From: a virus
Lineage: Duplodnaviria > Caudoviricetes
Direction: 5' to 3' (one strand)
IMG/VR virus record: IMGVR_UViG_2545824688_000002
Span: 8,428 to 72,427 of that record
DNA: 64,000 nucleotides
The number at the start of each line of letters is the position of its first letter. The first letter of the stretch is position 1. Shown here in pieces: positions 1 through 9,204 of the stretch. The notes beneath the pieces were generated by a model. The model saw only the letters and a list, made by a program, of their open reading frames with translations, did no database searches and was not told the origin of the DNA. A program made the position numbers and the translations under genes.

Positions 1-268
1 ACGTTCCCTCACGCTGTAAGACGGTTTCAAACGAGACGAATGGGGCGCGGTCAATACGGAGGGCGGCGCGGTTCAACCGTTCAAGTGGCGATTGGTAAAC
101 GCAGAGTGTTTGCGCGAACTGTTCGACGGCTTCGTTGGTCAGGCGTGCGTCTGGAGTTATCCGTAGGTGGACTACGGGCGCGGCGTCACCATCGCTTTGC
201 CTACGCTCACCAATATCTGCATGATCGCGGGGGCAAACTGCATCCCCACGTAGCCTATCGCCGCCCAC
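1..268 (-). CDS. Partial ORF running off the window; possibly N-terminus of a VirD4/FtsK-like ATPase
   Basis: Open frame ...DGDAAPVVHLRITPDARLTNEAVEQFAQTL...ETVLQREGT to base 1; start uncertain; function inferred only from the neighbouring pilin-like gene. Confidence 0.35.
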   Translation of the reverse strand, partial: MGGDRLRGDAVCPRDHADIGERRQSDGDAAPVVHLRITPDARLTNEAVEQFAQTLCVYQSPLERLNRAALRIDRAPFVSFETVLQREGT

Positions 269-606
269 TTGAGAAACGCCAGCCCCTTCGAACGCTGCCC
301 TACCATGATCAGCAGGAATCCACCGCATATCATCAGGAACGCGACCGGATACGATACACCCTGCGCCACCTCGATCAACGGGTCGAACGCGCGGATAATC
401 CGGTCGGCTATTCCGCTCGCCGCCTCCGCGTGCTCCAATCGCAACACGTACGCTGTCGTCACGCCCGCCAGGAGAGCGCTGAGTTTTCGTTTCTGCCGCG
501 TTGTCAGTGCGCTCCCCATTTCGTCGAAAAAATCGCGCCACGGTATCACCTCGACTTTCTCGCGCCCAAATCGCGGAAATGATGGTAATGCGACCGAATA
601 AAACAC
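172..606 (-). CDS. TrbC/VirB2 pilin-like membrane protein
   Basis: Two hydrophobic helices (YPVAFLMICGGFLLIMVG; LKWAAIGYVGMQFAP) after an AxA-type motif; GTG start after GAGGGGAG. Confidence 0.55.
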   Translation of the reverse strand: MFYSVALPSFPRFGREKVEVIPWRDFFDEMGSALTTRQKRKLSALLAGVTTAYVLRLEHAEAASGIADRIIRAFDPLIEVAQGVSYPVAFLMICGGFLLIMVGQRSKGLAFLKWAAIGYVGMQFAPAIMQILVSVGKAMVTPRP

Positions 607-667
607 GGTATACCACTCCCCTCGTTTGTCGATACTACGCGTATACACACCGTTAGGAGGTCGCCCT

Positions 668-748
668 ATGCCGTTACTCGTTTACGCTGGATATACGCTT
701 GTTGCCGGTGGTCTCGGAATTATCGCGATCAAACTGTTCGCGTCCTAG
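668..748 (+). CDS. 26-aa hydrophobic micro-protein MPLLVYAGYTLVAGGLGIIAIKLFAS
   Basis: Strong SD AGGAGGT at 655-661, ATG 668, TAG 746-748; below the ORF-track cutoff. Confidence 0.6.
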   Translation: MPLLVYAGYTLVAGGLGIIAIKLFAS

Positions 749-972
749 TCGTAAATTACCGCATTCCCCTCGATCCTGTACCGGACCCGATAACGCTCCT
801 CTGCGTTGTTAATCCGCTGCACATGGTCGATAATATTCGGCGTATTCAAGCATAGTTTCACGAGGTCGAGTGCCATCGTCGTCGGATGCTTTCCGCACGC
901 CACCGCCAGTCGCACGAGTTTCTTTCGTGTGTCTTCGTCAGGCGTGAGGCCAACGCGTTTTCCTGCGATCAT
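745..972 (-). CDS. Small hypothetical protein, possibly ribbon-helix-helix DNA-binding
   Basis: SD AAGGAGG before MIAGKRVGLTPDEDTRKKLVRLA; beta-strand/helix/helix pattern. Confidence 0.55.
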   Translation of the reverse strand: MIAGKRVGLTPDEDTRKKLVRLAVACGKHPTTMALDLVKLCLNTPNIIDHVQRINNAEERYRVRYRIEGNAVIYD

Positions 973-1040
973 ATGACCGCCTCCTTTCGTCATCTGTCGT
1001 AACCATACGCGGTGACCGCGTGACCTATGCACGTACGCAC

Positions 1041-1086
1041 AAATAAAAACGAGCCCCGGCGCGGATTTCTCCGTACCAGGGCCGTT
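1041..1086 (-). terminator. Intrinsic terminator downstream of the YolD-like gene
   Basis: GC hairpin GGCCCTGG...CCGGGGCTCG followed by a T-tract on the minus strand. Confidence 0.6.
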
Positions 1087-1192
1087 CTTATTCGGTGGGC
1101 AGACTCTCCCCCAACGCTGTCGCGCCTACGCGCTTAATCAGCGTATGATCGCGCCGACGAGAATATGCGTGTACCTCCGAAAAAATACGGAG

Positions 1193-1534
1193 TCACTTCG
1201 TAACACTCACCACGTCCTCAATCCGAATCCACTTCGCATCCCAATCGCTGACAAGTTTAAAACGTTTCCGCACCGCGTCAATCTCCTTCACAACGCCCCA
1301 ATCCGTTTCGAACACGCCAAGCCCGCGCCGCATCTCCCGGAACCACTTTACGGTGATCGCGTAGTCATACTGCGTACTGTCGTAGATACGGAAACACGCT
1401 TCGTCAAAGTCCGCCTCGTCTACGTTCGGGCGCGGTTCCAGGTCTCGATCCGCGCTCATCCGTTGGATTTCCGCCTTGTACTCCGGTAGGATCATACGCA
1501 TACTGCCGAATAGGTCATCGATCTTCTTCGCCAT
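1193..1534 (-). CDS. YolD-like protein
   Basis: SMRMILPEYK...YDSTQYDYAITVKWF...WGVVKEID...IRIEDVVSV matches the YolD family pattern; SOS box upstream. Confidence 0.85.
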   Translation of the reverse strand: MAKKIDDLFGSMRMILPEYKAEIQRMSADRDLEPRPNVDEADFDEACFRIYDSTQYDYAITVKWFREMRRGLGVFETDWGVVKEIDAVRKRFKLVSDWDAKWIRIEDVVSVTK

Positions 1535-1551
1535 TTCGCTCACTCCGTTTA

Positions 1552-1565
1552 CGAACGTTTGTTCT
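1552..1565. promoter_or_regulatory. LexA/DinR SOS box
   Basis: CGAACGTTTGTTCT fits the Bacillus consensus CGAAC-N4-GTTCG; lies between a TTGATA-type promoter and the yolD-like RBS. Confidence 0.85.
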
Positions 1566-1687
1566 TATATTATGCGCTCGCCGAACGAAAATATCAAGCC
1601 GGTACCGTCTTCCTGAGACAAAAAAAAATAACGCCCCGGTAACGTGGTCACTCTATTGCGGAGTGATTGCGCTGCCGGGGCGTTCGT

Positions 1688-1876
1688 TTATTCCGTTTTC
1701 CCTTCCGAGCCAGCGCCGCTATACACGCCGACACCGATCAACACGTAAGACAGTGCGTCGACTACGAACTGCCACGATTGGTTATCGATTGCCAGACCGT
1801 AAGTCTCCGTCAGAATACGATAGGCGAGCGCGGCCATACCAGCAATCACCCAGGGCTTTTTCAAACGTTCCAACAT
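1688..1876 (-). CDS. Small two-TM protein, putative holin
   Basis: Directly after the endolysin; two hydrophobic segments. Confidence 0.6.
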   Translation of the reverse strand: MLERLKKPWVIAGMAALAYRILTETYGLAIDNQSWQFVVDALSYVLIGVGVYSGAGSEGKTE

Positions 1877-1900
1877 CGTATCATCCTCCGTTCGTTTTCG

Positions 1901-2626
1901 TTAGGATCGCGGGATTCCCGCCGCATCCCGTAGCGCATTCGCGGCAAGGTGCGCCGCCTCTCGTACTTGCGCGTTATCTGACGCCATGTACAGCGCGCCA
2001 AGTACCGCGATTACCTTTTCGGCAGCCTCCCGGTCCGTTTTCGGCACGGTCACCGCCTCCTTCCGTTTGAGTCCGTAAGTCTTGACGAGCCCGTCCACGA
2101 TTGCCTGCGCCACTTTATCACGGTAGGACTCCGCCTTCAACAGTTCGCACTCTTCGCGATTCGTCATGAATCCGCACTCGACCAGGATCGCGGTCATCGC
2201 CGTTTCGCGCAGGACGTGGAAGTCTGCCGTCTTTACGCCGCGATCTCGCCGTTTGGTGCCGTCAATTAACGCGGCGTGGACATTGGTCGCGAGCTTACGT
2301 GTTTCTGCGTTTTCTGACGGATAGACGAACGTCTCGATGCCGTTCGCGTCGCTCCAAGCGCTGCCAGATGCGTTTGCGTGAATTGAAACGTAGGCGTCCG
2401 CTTTCCATTTATTCGCACGATCCGTACGTTCCTTTAACGGGACATCACGTCCTTGCTCGTGAACTTCGAGTGTAATAACGGATTCGTATGCGGACAGCAG
2501 CGCGACCACCCGTTTGGCGACCGATGAGTTGAAGTGGAACTCGCGCAAGGAATCGTCGGGCGAGCGCTTGCCGGGCGTGTCGGGTCCGTGGCCTGCGTCA
2601 ATGGCAATCCGCATTACTTTCGCCAC
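1901..2626 (-). CDS. Endolysin, N-acetylmuramoyl-L-alanine amidase (Amidase_3)
   Basis: IDAGHG, SIHANA and LVECGFMTN zinc-amidase motifs. Confidence 0.95.
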   Translation of the reverse strand: MAKVMRIAIDAGHGPDTPGKRSPDDSLREFHFNSSVAKRVVALLSAYESVITLEVHEQGRDVPLKERTDRANKWKADAYVSIHANASGSAWSDANGIETFVYPSENAETRKLATNVHAALIDGTKRRDRGVKTADFHVLRETAMTAILVECGFMTNREECELLKAESYRDKVAQAIVDGLVKTYGLKRKEAVTVPKTDREAAEKVIAVLGALYMASDNAQVREAAHLAANALRDAAGIPRS

Positions 2627-2808
2627 CTTTCTTCGAGTTTATCGAGGCGGTCGACGATCAAATCGTACTTCTCCGAGAACTTATCGAGGACTTCGTGCAG
2701 GCGCGTCTCTCGCTCTCGGCTCTCCTTTTTCGTTGTGACGAGTAACCAAACGAAAAGGACCGCGAACGGTCCTTGTGTTAGAAAGTATTTAAGAACATCG
2801 AGTTCCAT
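2614..2808 (-). CDS. BhlA/UviB family holin-like peptide
   Basis: TQGPFAVLFVWLL...SRERETRL signature. Confidence 0.9.
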   Translation of the reverse strand: MELDVLKYFLTQGPFAVLFVWLLVTTKKESRERETRLHEVLDKFSEKYDLIVDRLDKLEERWRK

Positions 2809-2828
2809 CGAGTACCTCCGAAAATAAA

Positions 2829-3062
2829 CTAAGCGCCCGGAATGAGCGCGACCGTATCGTCATATTCCGTTTGGTTCACGTACCCGAATGCGAGCGCATT
2901 GTCGATCTGCGGACGCGAAAACGTAGTGGCGGCATGTGCCTTAACGGGATCGTGATAGGCCGCAGGGATTCCGTTGAATCCGTCGCGTGCCGTGAATCGT
3001 TCGGTGCCGTACAGATAGATGTTACGCGCGTAGATGCGTACCAACGTGTTATTTACCGTCAT
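2829..3062 (-). CDS. Small phage protein at the end of the tail module (XkdX-like position)
   Basis: Position between fibre chaperone and holin; SD AAGGAG. Confidence 0.55.
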   Translation of the reverse strand: MTVNNTLVRIYARNIYLYGTERFTARDGFNGIPAAYHDPVKAHAATTFSRPQIDNALAFGYVNQTEYDDTVALIPGA

Positions 3063-3082
3063 GTTATCGTCTCCTTTCGTTA

Positions 3083-3472
3083 TTAAGCGCCGAATACGTG
3101 CTCCGCGATGTCCTGTAGGTCGCGGTTGGTGGCGGCGAGTTGCTCGCGGAGTTCCGCGTTTTCTTCCGCAAGAGATTTGCGATACACTGGCGGCTCATCT
3201 GGCTGGTTCGGGTCGGGATAACTAAACTCAAGCGTCCGGGTTTCAGGGTTGACGCGGTAACCGTTGCATTCCGCGAAGTCTTGCGCGTATTGTCCGTATT
3301 CAAGCTGGATATAATCAACGGTATCGCGGGTACGCTCTGCAAGGGCTGCGTAGCTTGCGAAGTCTTCGTCAACGGTAGTTTCTCGGACGAAACCGAGACG
3401 TTCGCCAGTGTCGATGATTACATTCCCCGTTGATTTTTCGTAATAAATTCTTCGTCCGACTCCATTTTCCAT
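3083..3472 (-). CDS. Tail fibre-associated protein (XkdW-like position)
   Basis: GRRIYYEKSTGNVIIDTGE... with C-terminal coiled coil; ATG 3472 after GGGAGG. Confidence 0.65.
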   Translation of the reverse strand: MENGVGRRIYYEKSTGNVIIDTGERLGFVRETTVDEDFASYAALAERTRDTVDYIQLEYGQYAQDFAECNGYRVNPETRTLEFSYPDPNQPDEPPVYRKSLAEENAELREQLAATNRDLQDIAEHVFGA

Positions 3473-3485
3473 ACATCTTACCTCC

Positions 3486-4340
3486 CTATTCAAAAGCAGC
3501 CCAATAGAACAGTGCAGACCTTTGCGAAGTATCAAAAACACACGTAAATCCGGTATCACTTAGTGTAAAAGGTGGTGGTCCTGTGTAGACGCCCTCCCCG
3601 GAATAATACCGTTGATTAACCCCTCCACCGTCTATATAAGAGGACGCTGCGTATACTGCCATCGGGTTTCTGTACTGCCCGTCCTTATGGACAATGATTA
3701 ATTTTGGTCGAAATGTTAGCCCACTTACCTCTACTGCGCTAGAATAACTGGTCGTTGTGTAAGAACCCGTCGCGGTTTTTTTAGGGACGGGAGCCGTCCC
3801 CAATACACCAAAAAGGGTTATCCCATTAACGATGTTTGCCGCCAAGAGGTTTGAGTCTCCTTTTATGGTAATAGCGCTCGAATAATAGCCAGCGGCTTTT
3901 GTCTGGTCCGTCCTGCCAGGCATAACCGTACCTCCGACTCCTCGATCCTGTATGGTTCCCGTCACCTTTCCGCCCTTTATATAGGCCGTTTTTGGGGCGA
4001 GAATATCTGCCGCGGTAGCCGTAGCATCGGATGTGTCTGTGCCTGACGGGATTTGCCCGATTTTCGTTGCGAGTTGCGTAAACGTATCGCTACCGCTCGC
4101 GGCTACTCCCTTGTCAGTAACGGCGCGAGCGATCTCATTTTTTCCGCTACTGACAGAGGACTTTAAACCTTCCAACGCCGCCTTTACGTTTGTCTCTGTA
4201 AATTGCGGACTAGATAACGCGATGTCTTCCGCTTTCAAGGCGTCCAACCGCTCAAAGTTTTCGTTTATCTCCGGTCGGCTTACGCGGTCAGAACCGGACC
4301 ATACGTTTAGGCCAAGGGTTGGTGTTTTCCCACTAGCCAT
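3486..4340 (-). CDS. Tail fibre protein 2
   Basis: KTPTLGL anchor; SGKNEIARAVTDKG and TSDATATAADILAPKTAY fibre motifs. Confidence 0.8.
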   Translation of the reverse strand: MASGKTPTLGLNVWSGSDRVSRPEINENFERLDALKAEDIALSSPQFTETNVKAALEGLKSSVSSGKNEIARAVTDKGVAASGSDTFTQLATKIGQIPSGTDTSDATATAADILAPKTAYIKGGKVTGTIQDRGVGGTVMPGRTDQTKAAGYYSSAITIKGDSNLLAANIVNGITLFGVLGTAPVPKKTATGSYTTTSYSSAVEVSGLTFRPKLIIVHKDGQYRNPMAVYAASSYIDGGGVNQRYYSGEGVYTGPPPFTLSDTGFTCVFDTSQRSALFYWAAFE

Positions 4341-4353
4341 TATACTCCTCCTC

Positions 4354-4992
4354 TCAGTATAGCACCTTCCATGCAGAGCCAGGGTACGATATTTTATAAC
4401 TGTCGATTACTTTGAAACCATCGTTCGTAATTAAAATGCCACCTGAAATTCCATATATGGGTGCTGAAACATCCGGGCCTCGTGTAGTCGTACCCGAAAG
4501 ATACCTCTCAAGCCAAACAAGTTTCGGTTTTGCAGGCAAGCCCGTAACGGAAGGGAAGGTATCTCCATTTGCCCCCTTAAACGAACCTTCTATCATTTTG
4601 TAATCAGTTGATATGTTAGCTACCTTATCAACAAGGCTTGACAAGGACTCAGAACCACTTGCAGACTGCCCCTTACCTACGAGATTGGTAGCTAGTTGAT
4701 CCTTTGCATTCTGAATTTTTTGCGTCAGTTGTGCAAAAGTATCACTCAGTAAAGCCGGAGGGCCGATAACGGTCACAATCGACTTTTTTCCGCTATCGGC
4801 ATACGTAAAAAGTTCTTTCATTCCACCCTCGACATCCGTAGCTTTGAAGAGGTTGTCTTTATCCGCTAATTTGATGTTTGCCGCCATTGCTAGTTCATCA
4901 ATTTTGTCGTAGTTTTCATTAATCACGGTTATATCCGCAACCTCTGTCGGTAGCGGCTTTTTTAACCCGAGTCGCGGCGTAAGGTTAGGCAT
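4354..4992 (-). CDS. Tail fibre protein 1
   Basis: LTPRLGLKKP...INENYDKID anchor; follows the YmfQ-like gene. Confidence 0.75.
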   Translation of the reverse strand: MPNLTPRLGLKKPLPTEVADITVINENYDKIDELAMAANIKLADKDNLFKATDVEGGMKELFTYADSGKKSIVTVIGPPALLSDTFAQLTQKIQNAKDQLATNLVGKGQSASGSESLSSLVDKVANISTDYKMIEGSFKGANGDTFPSVTGLPAKPKLVWLERYLSGTTTRGPDVSAPIYGISGGILITNDGFKVIDSYKISYPGSAWKVLY

Positions 4993-5644
4993 TCCATAAT
5001 CCTCCTTTTACGTCTCCCCACGTATAATTCGCGAGATTCCCCCACGTTGTTTTCCGAACGTCCTGCCACAACGAGTATTCGTTCGTAAACTCCACGCCAA
5101 TGTGCGCCGGAATGATTTCGAGCACGGCCGCCTTTGCAGATTCGTAGTTCGGAGGAATCCCCACGTTGCTGACGAATTTAATCGTGATCGCGTACCGGTC
5201 GTTATGTTCCGTAATCTCCACGGTCCCGTTCGTATACGACTCGACCACACTTTTTACCATCGCTTTTGTTGCTGTTCCCGTTCCGCGCATTCTCGCCTTG
5301 ATCGCGGAGCGACGGTCGACGTCAGGCTGCCTCACAAATGGCGCAATGTCCAATTCGTCCCACGTATATTTTTCGAGATCATCGAACGTTGCGACGTTTG
5401 CTTCCAGCACGTCCCACGTCAACGGAGCGTACTTGTTCTGCGTTAGGCCGAAGATCGCCTCCCACCGATCAAGCGACCACGTAGCTGTCTCAGGCGAATA
5501 CTGATCGGTCACGTCCCGGATCGCCGCGTGCAGTCGTTCGAACTCCGCCGCCTCAACGTTCATCAGATTCGAGACCGCCACGGACTCGGCGTAATAATCC
5601 GGCAGGTAATCGTGCATATCCCGTCGAATATCGCGCTCCATCAC
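4985..5644 (-). CDS. Baseplate protein, YmfQ/DUF2313 (XkdU-like)
   Basis: YLPDYY, TATWSLDRWE, EIIPAHI motifs. Confidence 0.9.
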   Translation of the reverse strand: MMERDIRRDMHDYLPDYYAESVAVSNLMNVEAAEFERLHAAIRDVTDQYSPETATWSLDRWEAIFGLTQNKYAPLTWDVLEANVATFDDLEKYTWDELDIAPFVRQPDVDRRSAIKARMRGTGTATKAMVKSVVESYTNGTVEITEHNDRYAITIKFVSNVGIPPNYESAKAAVLEIIPAHIGVEFTNEYSLWQDVRKTTWGNLANYTWGDVKGGLWNA

Positions 5645-6696
5645 GTAAACGTCACCGTCCCTATGATCGCGACCGAGCCGTCAGGAACCGTTAGGTTTCC
5701 GGTGCTGCCGTTCACCTGAAGGTTCGCGTAGTCGATCACGCCGTCCACGTCGAGAATCATGTTCGCGATCCGAGATATACGGATGACCGACTCCTTAAAC
5801 GCTATGGCCGTCAGGTAAGCGGACAAGCTCGCCTGTACTGCGCTCGTCACCGTAGCAATAGAGGTTCCGGGCTTGAGCGTGAGCGTCGCGGTTACGTTGA
5901 TCTGCAGCTCGGTCGCAGCCGCAACCGTTACTGTAGCGCCAATGGGTCGGACGGCCTCGATATGGGCTGCGACCTCCGCCACTTTCGCCGGGGTGGGCGC
6001 GCGCTTGTTGCCGTCAATGACAACGACCTTGACCGTCCCGTTTCCGTTCCATAACGGATAGACGCGGGCCTCTCCGATTCCGGCGACCTCCATCGCCCAC
6101 GCACGGTAATGGTTCGCGTTGCCTGACGTGATCGGACGGCGGGCGCGGTCGAAATAGCGTTCGCGGAGTGCTTCGTCAGTCTCTTCGTCAACACCGCCAG
6201 CAAACGGTTTTTCGTTGGTCACCGCCGTTACTCCGGTCAGGTTGCCGGTCGTCAGTTTGATCGCGCCAGCCGCTACATTTCCGTTCTTGCCGCCGACCTT
6301 GGCCTCCGCCGCCACCGTTGCTTTTCCGTTCATGATCGTCACCGCCGCTTTTGTGACGAAATAGATCGGTTCGAGACTGTCCGTCCACACTTCGGTTCCT
6401 GCGTCAATGACCGAGCCGTCCACGCCTGAGAACGTGACTTCGCCGGTCGCTTTTACGGCAGGCTTCCGATCAAGTCCGAGGGCGGCCGCAACGCGGTCGA
6501 GGTATTCGCCGGTCGCGGTGTCCGGCATTCCCCTGTCGAGCGTCACGTCCAGTTCCATGTACGCGGTCTCAAACTCGACTGCGGCAGGTCCCGTCAAGTC
6601 GTATGTGACCGAGCCGGGCCGCTTGTCGATGTCGTCGGGCGTTGCGTCGAGCATTCGTTGGTGGACCGCTTCTTTCGTTTCGTTTTCGTAGGCCAC
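5641..6696 (-). CDS. Baseplate J/gp47 family protein (XkdT-like)
   Basis: TATGEYLD, GGVDEETDEALRER, NGNGTVKV motifs. Confidence 0.95.
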   Translation of the reverse strand: MAYENETKEAVHQRMLDATPDDIDKRPGSVTYDLTGPAAVEFETAYMELDVTLDRGMPDTATGEYLDRVAAALGLDRKPAVKATGEVTFSGVDGSVIDAGTEVWTDSLEPIYFVTKAAVTIMNGKATVAAEAKVGGKNGNVAAGAIKLTTGNLTGVTAVTNEKPFAGGVDEETDEALRERYFDRARRPITSGNANHYRAWAMEVAGIGEARVYPLWNGNGTVKVVVIDGNKRAPTPAKVAEVAAHIEAVRPIGATVTVAAATELQINVTATLTLKPGTSIATVTSAVQASLSAYLTAIAFKESVIRISRIANMILDVDGVIDYANLQVNGSTGNLTVPDGSVAIIGTVTFT

Positions 6697-6698
6697 GT

Positions 6699-7115
6699 TT
6701 AGATCGTCACCTCCTCGCGAATTGTTCCTTCGGTCGTATCAACGAAAAAAGAGACGTACAGGCCGTCTCCTTCGCGTGTAATTGTGAAGTTGTATACGTC
6801 GGCAATCCGGTCATCTATCAGAAGGGCCTCCGATATGACGCGTGGGATTTCCGCGTTCAGCAACTCTATCGGCAAGTCCTGGCCGATCAGGTCTTCGAGG
6901 TCACATCCGTATAGGTGCTCGTGACCGTAAATTAGATACCGGAATCGCGCCGTTACTATCGCTTTGCGAATGGCCTGCCGGAGTGCCGCCTCGCCATCGA
7001 TCATGCCGCCAAACTCGCCCGTCTCGAAATTGTACTCGTACGTCCGGGAGGGCTGCGGAGTTGGTTCGATCTCAACCGCGCGGGCTTCCTGCGGCCTTAG
7101 TGGACTAAGAGCCAT
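6699..7115 (-). CDS. DUF2634 baseplate wedge protein (XkdS-like)
   Basis: TARFRYLIY...EALLIDDRI. Confidence 0.85.
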   Translation of the reverse strand: MALSPLRPQEARAVEIEPTPQPSRTYEYNFETGEFGGMIDGEAALRQAIRKAIVTARFRYLIYGHEHLYGCDLEDLIGQDLPIELLNAEIPRVISEALLIDDRIADVYNFTITREGDGLYVSFFVDTTEGTIREEVTI

Positions 7116-7530
7116 ACTGCACCACCCTATCGAGTATGACGTACGCCTGCCCGTCGTTCATGCTCGCCACCAGCACGCGGTCGCCCGACTTGAGCACGTC
7201 CTCGAACGTCATCTCCACGTATGAGTACGTCCAGGCGAGCGAGCCGGTGCTATCGTTGTCACGCGGAAACGGAATCGTATCACCAACGTCGCGCTCCGTG
7301 TCTTGAACGTGTTTGATCGTGACAATTCGCTTATGGCGCGTGAGGTGTTCGGCCACTACGAGGTCGTCCGCCTCGAACGTGATCCCGTCCACGTTATCGA
7401 TTTTGATTCGGATGGCAGGCGGAGGGCTGACGATAGTAGCGAGTTCGAACCGGTCGAAGTCGTTGTATCCGATCTTCTGTATGAGCTGCGCGAGCTGACT
7501 TGCGCCCGAGCCTTCGAGCCTAGTCGTCAT
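7105..7530 (-). CDS. DUF2577 protein (XkdR-like)
   Basis: ATIVSPPP...LKSGDRVLV...GQAYVILDRV. Confidence 0.85.
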   Translation of the reverse strand: MTTRLEGSGASQLAQLIQKIGYNDFDRFELATIVSPPPAIRIKIDNVDGITFEADDLVVAEHLTRHKRIVTIKHVQDTERDVGDTIPFPRDNDSTGSLAWTYSYVEMTFEDVLKSGDRVLVASMNDGQAYVILDRVVQYGS

Positions 7531-8542
7531 CGCTCGTCCTCCTTTTCCGTTTCTTCGGTTCTGGTGGCGGCTCGTACTCCATTCTGGGCAGTTGGTCAGT
7601 AGCGCTCAACGTCAGGCTCATCATGTGATTTCCGTTCGCGAACGTGTGAGTGTCCGCTGTAACGTAAAAACCACCGATCAATCCCGTCATTGACTCACGG
7701 GCATAGATCGCGGTGCCCGCCGTCACTTCCGCGTTGCCCAGCGCGTCCACTTGCGCGTTGTCATCGATTGTGCCGAGCTCGACGAGTAGCTGTTTCGCGC
7801 GCTGTTCGATCTGCGAACGGGTCATATCTGAGTCCACGCGCTCTAAGTGTTGCGTGACGCCGAACCGTTTGATTAACGCGTCGTCTTTGACCGTTGCGAC
7901 AATCGGCTTCTTTTCGGAGTCGCCGCCGATCACCTTTACCTGCGTCCGCATGTCTTCGATAGACTGCGAATAGGCTGCGCCGGTAATGTTACGGCCGTTT
8001 TCGAGAAGCCACCGGACGAGTTGCTCCTTTCGCTCAAGCAGGTGGAGCCGCCCTTCTCGCGAGGTAATAAAAAAGCGCCGACCCGTCTGCTTTTGCGTGT
8101 AGGTCAGCGCGATCACCATCATTTCCCATAACGTTTTATCCCGGAGAATCAGCTTCGGAATCACGTACCCCGTGTCCGCTATCTCTCCGGTCGAGATCCC
8201 GAACTCGTCGCACAATTGCTTTACGATCTGGCTCGCCTTTATCTTCGTAAATTTCCGCGTATCCGTGCTACGCGTCAGATACGTGTTCTCATCGTACGCG
8301 ACAACGTTCATCCGTCCGCGATGATCAATCCGGAAATCGAACACGACGCCCCGGAACAGTTCGCGCCCCTCGTAATTAAGACGGAGTTCCCGCCCGTGTT
8401 CAATCCGCCACGCCTGCGTCCGCCCGTCGACCGTATTGACGAAGGAAACGTTAAGCTTACGCGCCGCCTGCGTAATATCGCCCGACCACGTTACGCTTTC
8501 GGCAGGTAACGGCGTGCCTTCGTATAGGACTTGTACCGTCAT
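7520..8542 (-). CDS. Baseplate hub protein (XkdQ-like)
   Basis: VTWSGDITQAARKL, AYDENTYL, KASQIVKQLC motifs. Confidence 0.9.
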   Translation of the reverse strand: MTVQVLYEGTPLPAESVTWSGDITQAARKLNVSFVNTVDGRTQAWRIEHGRELRLNYEGRELFRGVVFDFRIDHRGRMNVVAYDENTYLTRSTDTRKFTKIKASQIVKQLCDEFGISTGEIADTGYVIPKLILRDKTLWEMMVIALTYTQKQTGRRFFITSREGRLHLLERKEQLVRWLLENGRNITGAAYSQSIEDMRTQVKVIGGDSEKKPIVATVKDDALIKRFGVTQHLERVDSDMTRSQIEQRAKQLLVELGTIDDNAQVDALGNAEVTAGTAIYARESMTGLIGGFYVTADTHTFANGNHMMSLTLSATDQLPRMEYEPPPEPKKRKRRTSDDD

Positions 8543-9189
8543 GCCAGCGCGAGCACCTGTCCGGGGTAGATTCGGTTCGGGTCGGGTCCGATCACCTTCG
8601 TGTTCTTTGCGTAGATGTCGCGCCAAGGCTTGCCGAACCGCAAGCCGATCTTCGTCAGGTTATCGCCAGCCTTGACGGTATAAGAGGACGGGATTTCGCG
8701 GTTGGTCGGGCGGGTGCTTTCCGATTTTACCTTCGCGGTGTCTCCGAGGACTTCAACCGTTTTCGTATCAATGAACACGTACTCTTTCAGCGCGAGATCG
8801 TAATAGATGTCGCCCGGCTCTCCGCCTCTTTCCGCGTCGATATTGAACGAACGAACAGTCACCGCATAGTTGATCGGTGTGCCCGTAATAGTCAGGCGGA
8901 TAGGGCGTCGCGATTTCATCCACGTCTCAATCGTTTGGACCGCATCCCACGGAGCCGGGATCGTTTCGTATTCGCAATAGGACGAGTTGTAGTCGCGTGG
9001 AAAGAACGAGGAAAAAGAAAAGTCCCACAATTTGGCGTCACCGATAACGGTGTATTCACCTAACTGCGAGACTGTTACGTCCTCGTACGTATGGGACGAT
9101 TGTATACGGATGGATTCGGGATTGACCGGGAGCTGCAAGCGTTCGGCTCCATTTCCGAACGAGAGCCAAAATTGGATTGCGTTGGGCAA
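8539..9189 (-). CDS. LysM-domain tail protein (XkdP-like)
   Basis: LPVNPE N-terminus; C-terminal LysM YTVKAGDNLTKI...IYPGQVL. Confidence 0.9.
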   Translation of the reverse strand: MPNAIQFWLSFGNGAERLQLPVNPESIRIQSSHTYEDVTVSQLGEYTVIGDAKLWDFSFSSFFPRDYNSSYCEYETIPAPWDAVQTIETWMKSRRPIRLTITGTPINYAVTVRSFNIDAERGGEPGDIYYDLALKEYVFIDTKTVEVLGDTAKVKSESTRPTNREIPSSYTVKAGDNLTKIGLRFGKPWRDIYAKNTKVIGPDPNRIYPGQVLALA

Positions 9190-9204
9190 TCGCGTCACCT
9201 CCGA

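Noticed and set aside
1-200. Left att site (duplicate of the tRNA-Val 3' end)
   Set aside because: No TGGTGATCCGG match here and the sequence is still open reading frame, so the junction lies outside the window.
3486-4992. Diversity-generating retroelement or shufflon at the tail fibres
   Set aside because: No reverse transcriptase or invertase ORF, and no near-identical TR/VR nucleotide pair seen in the window.
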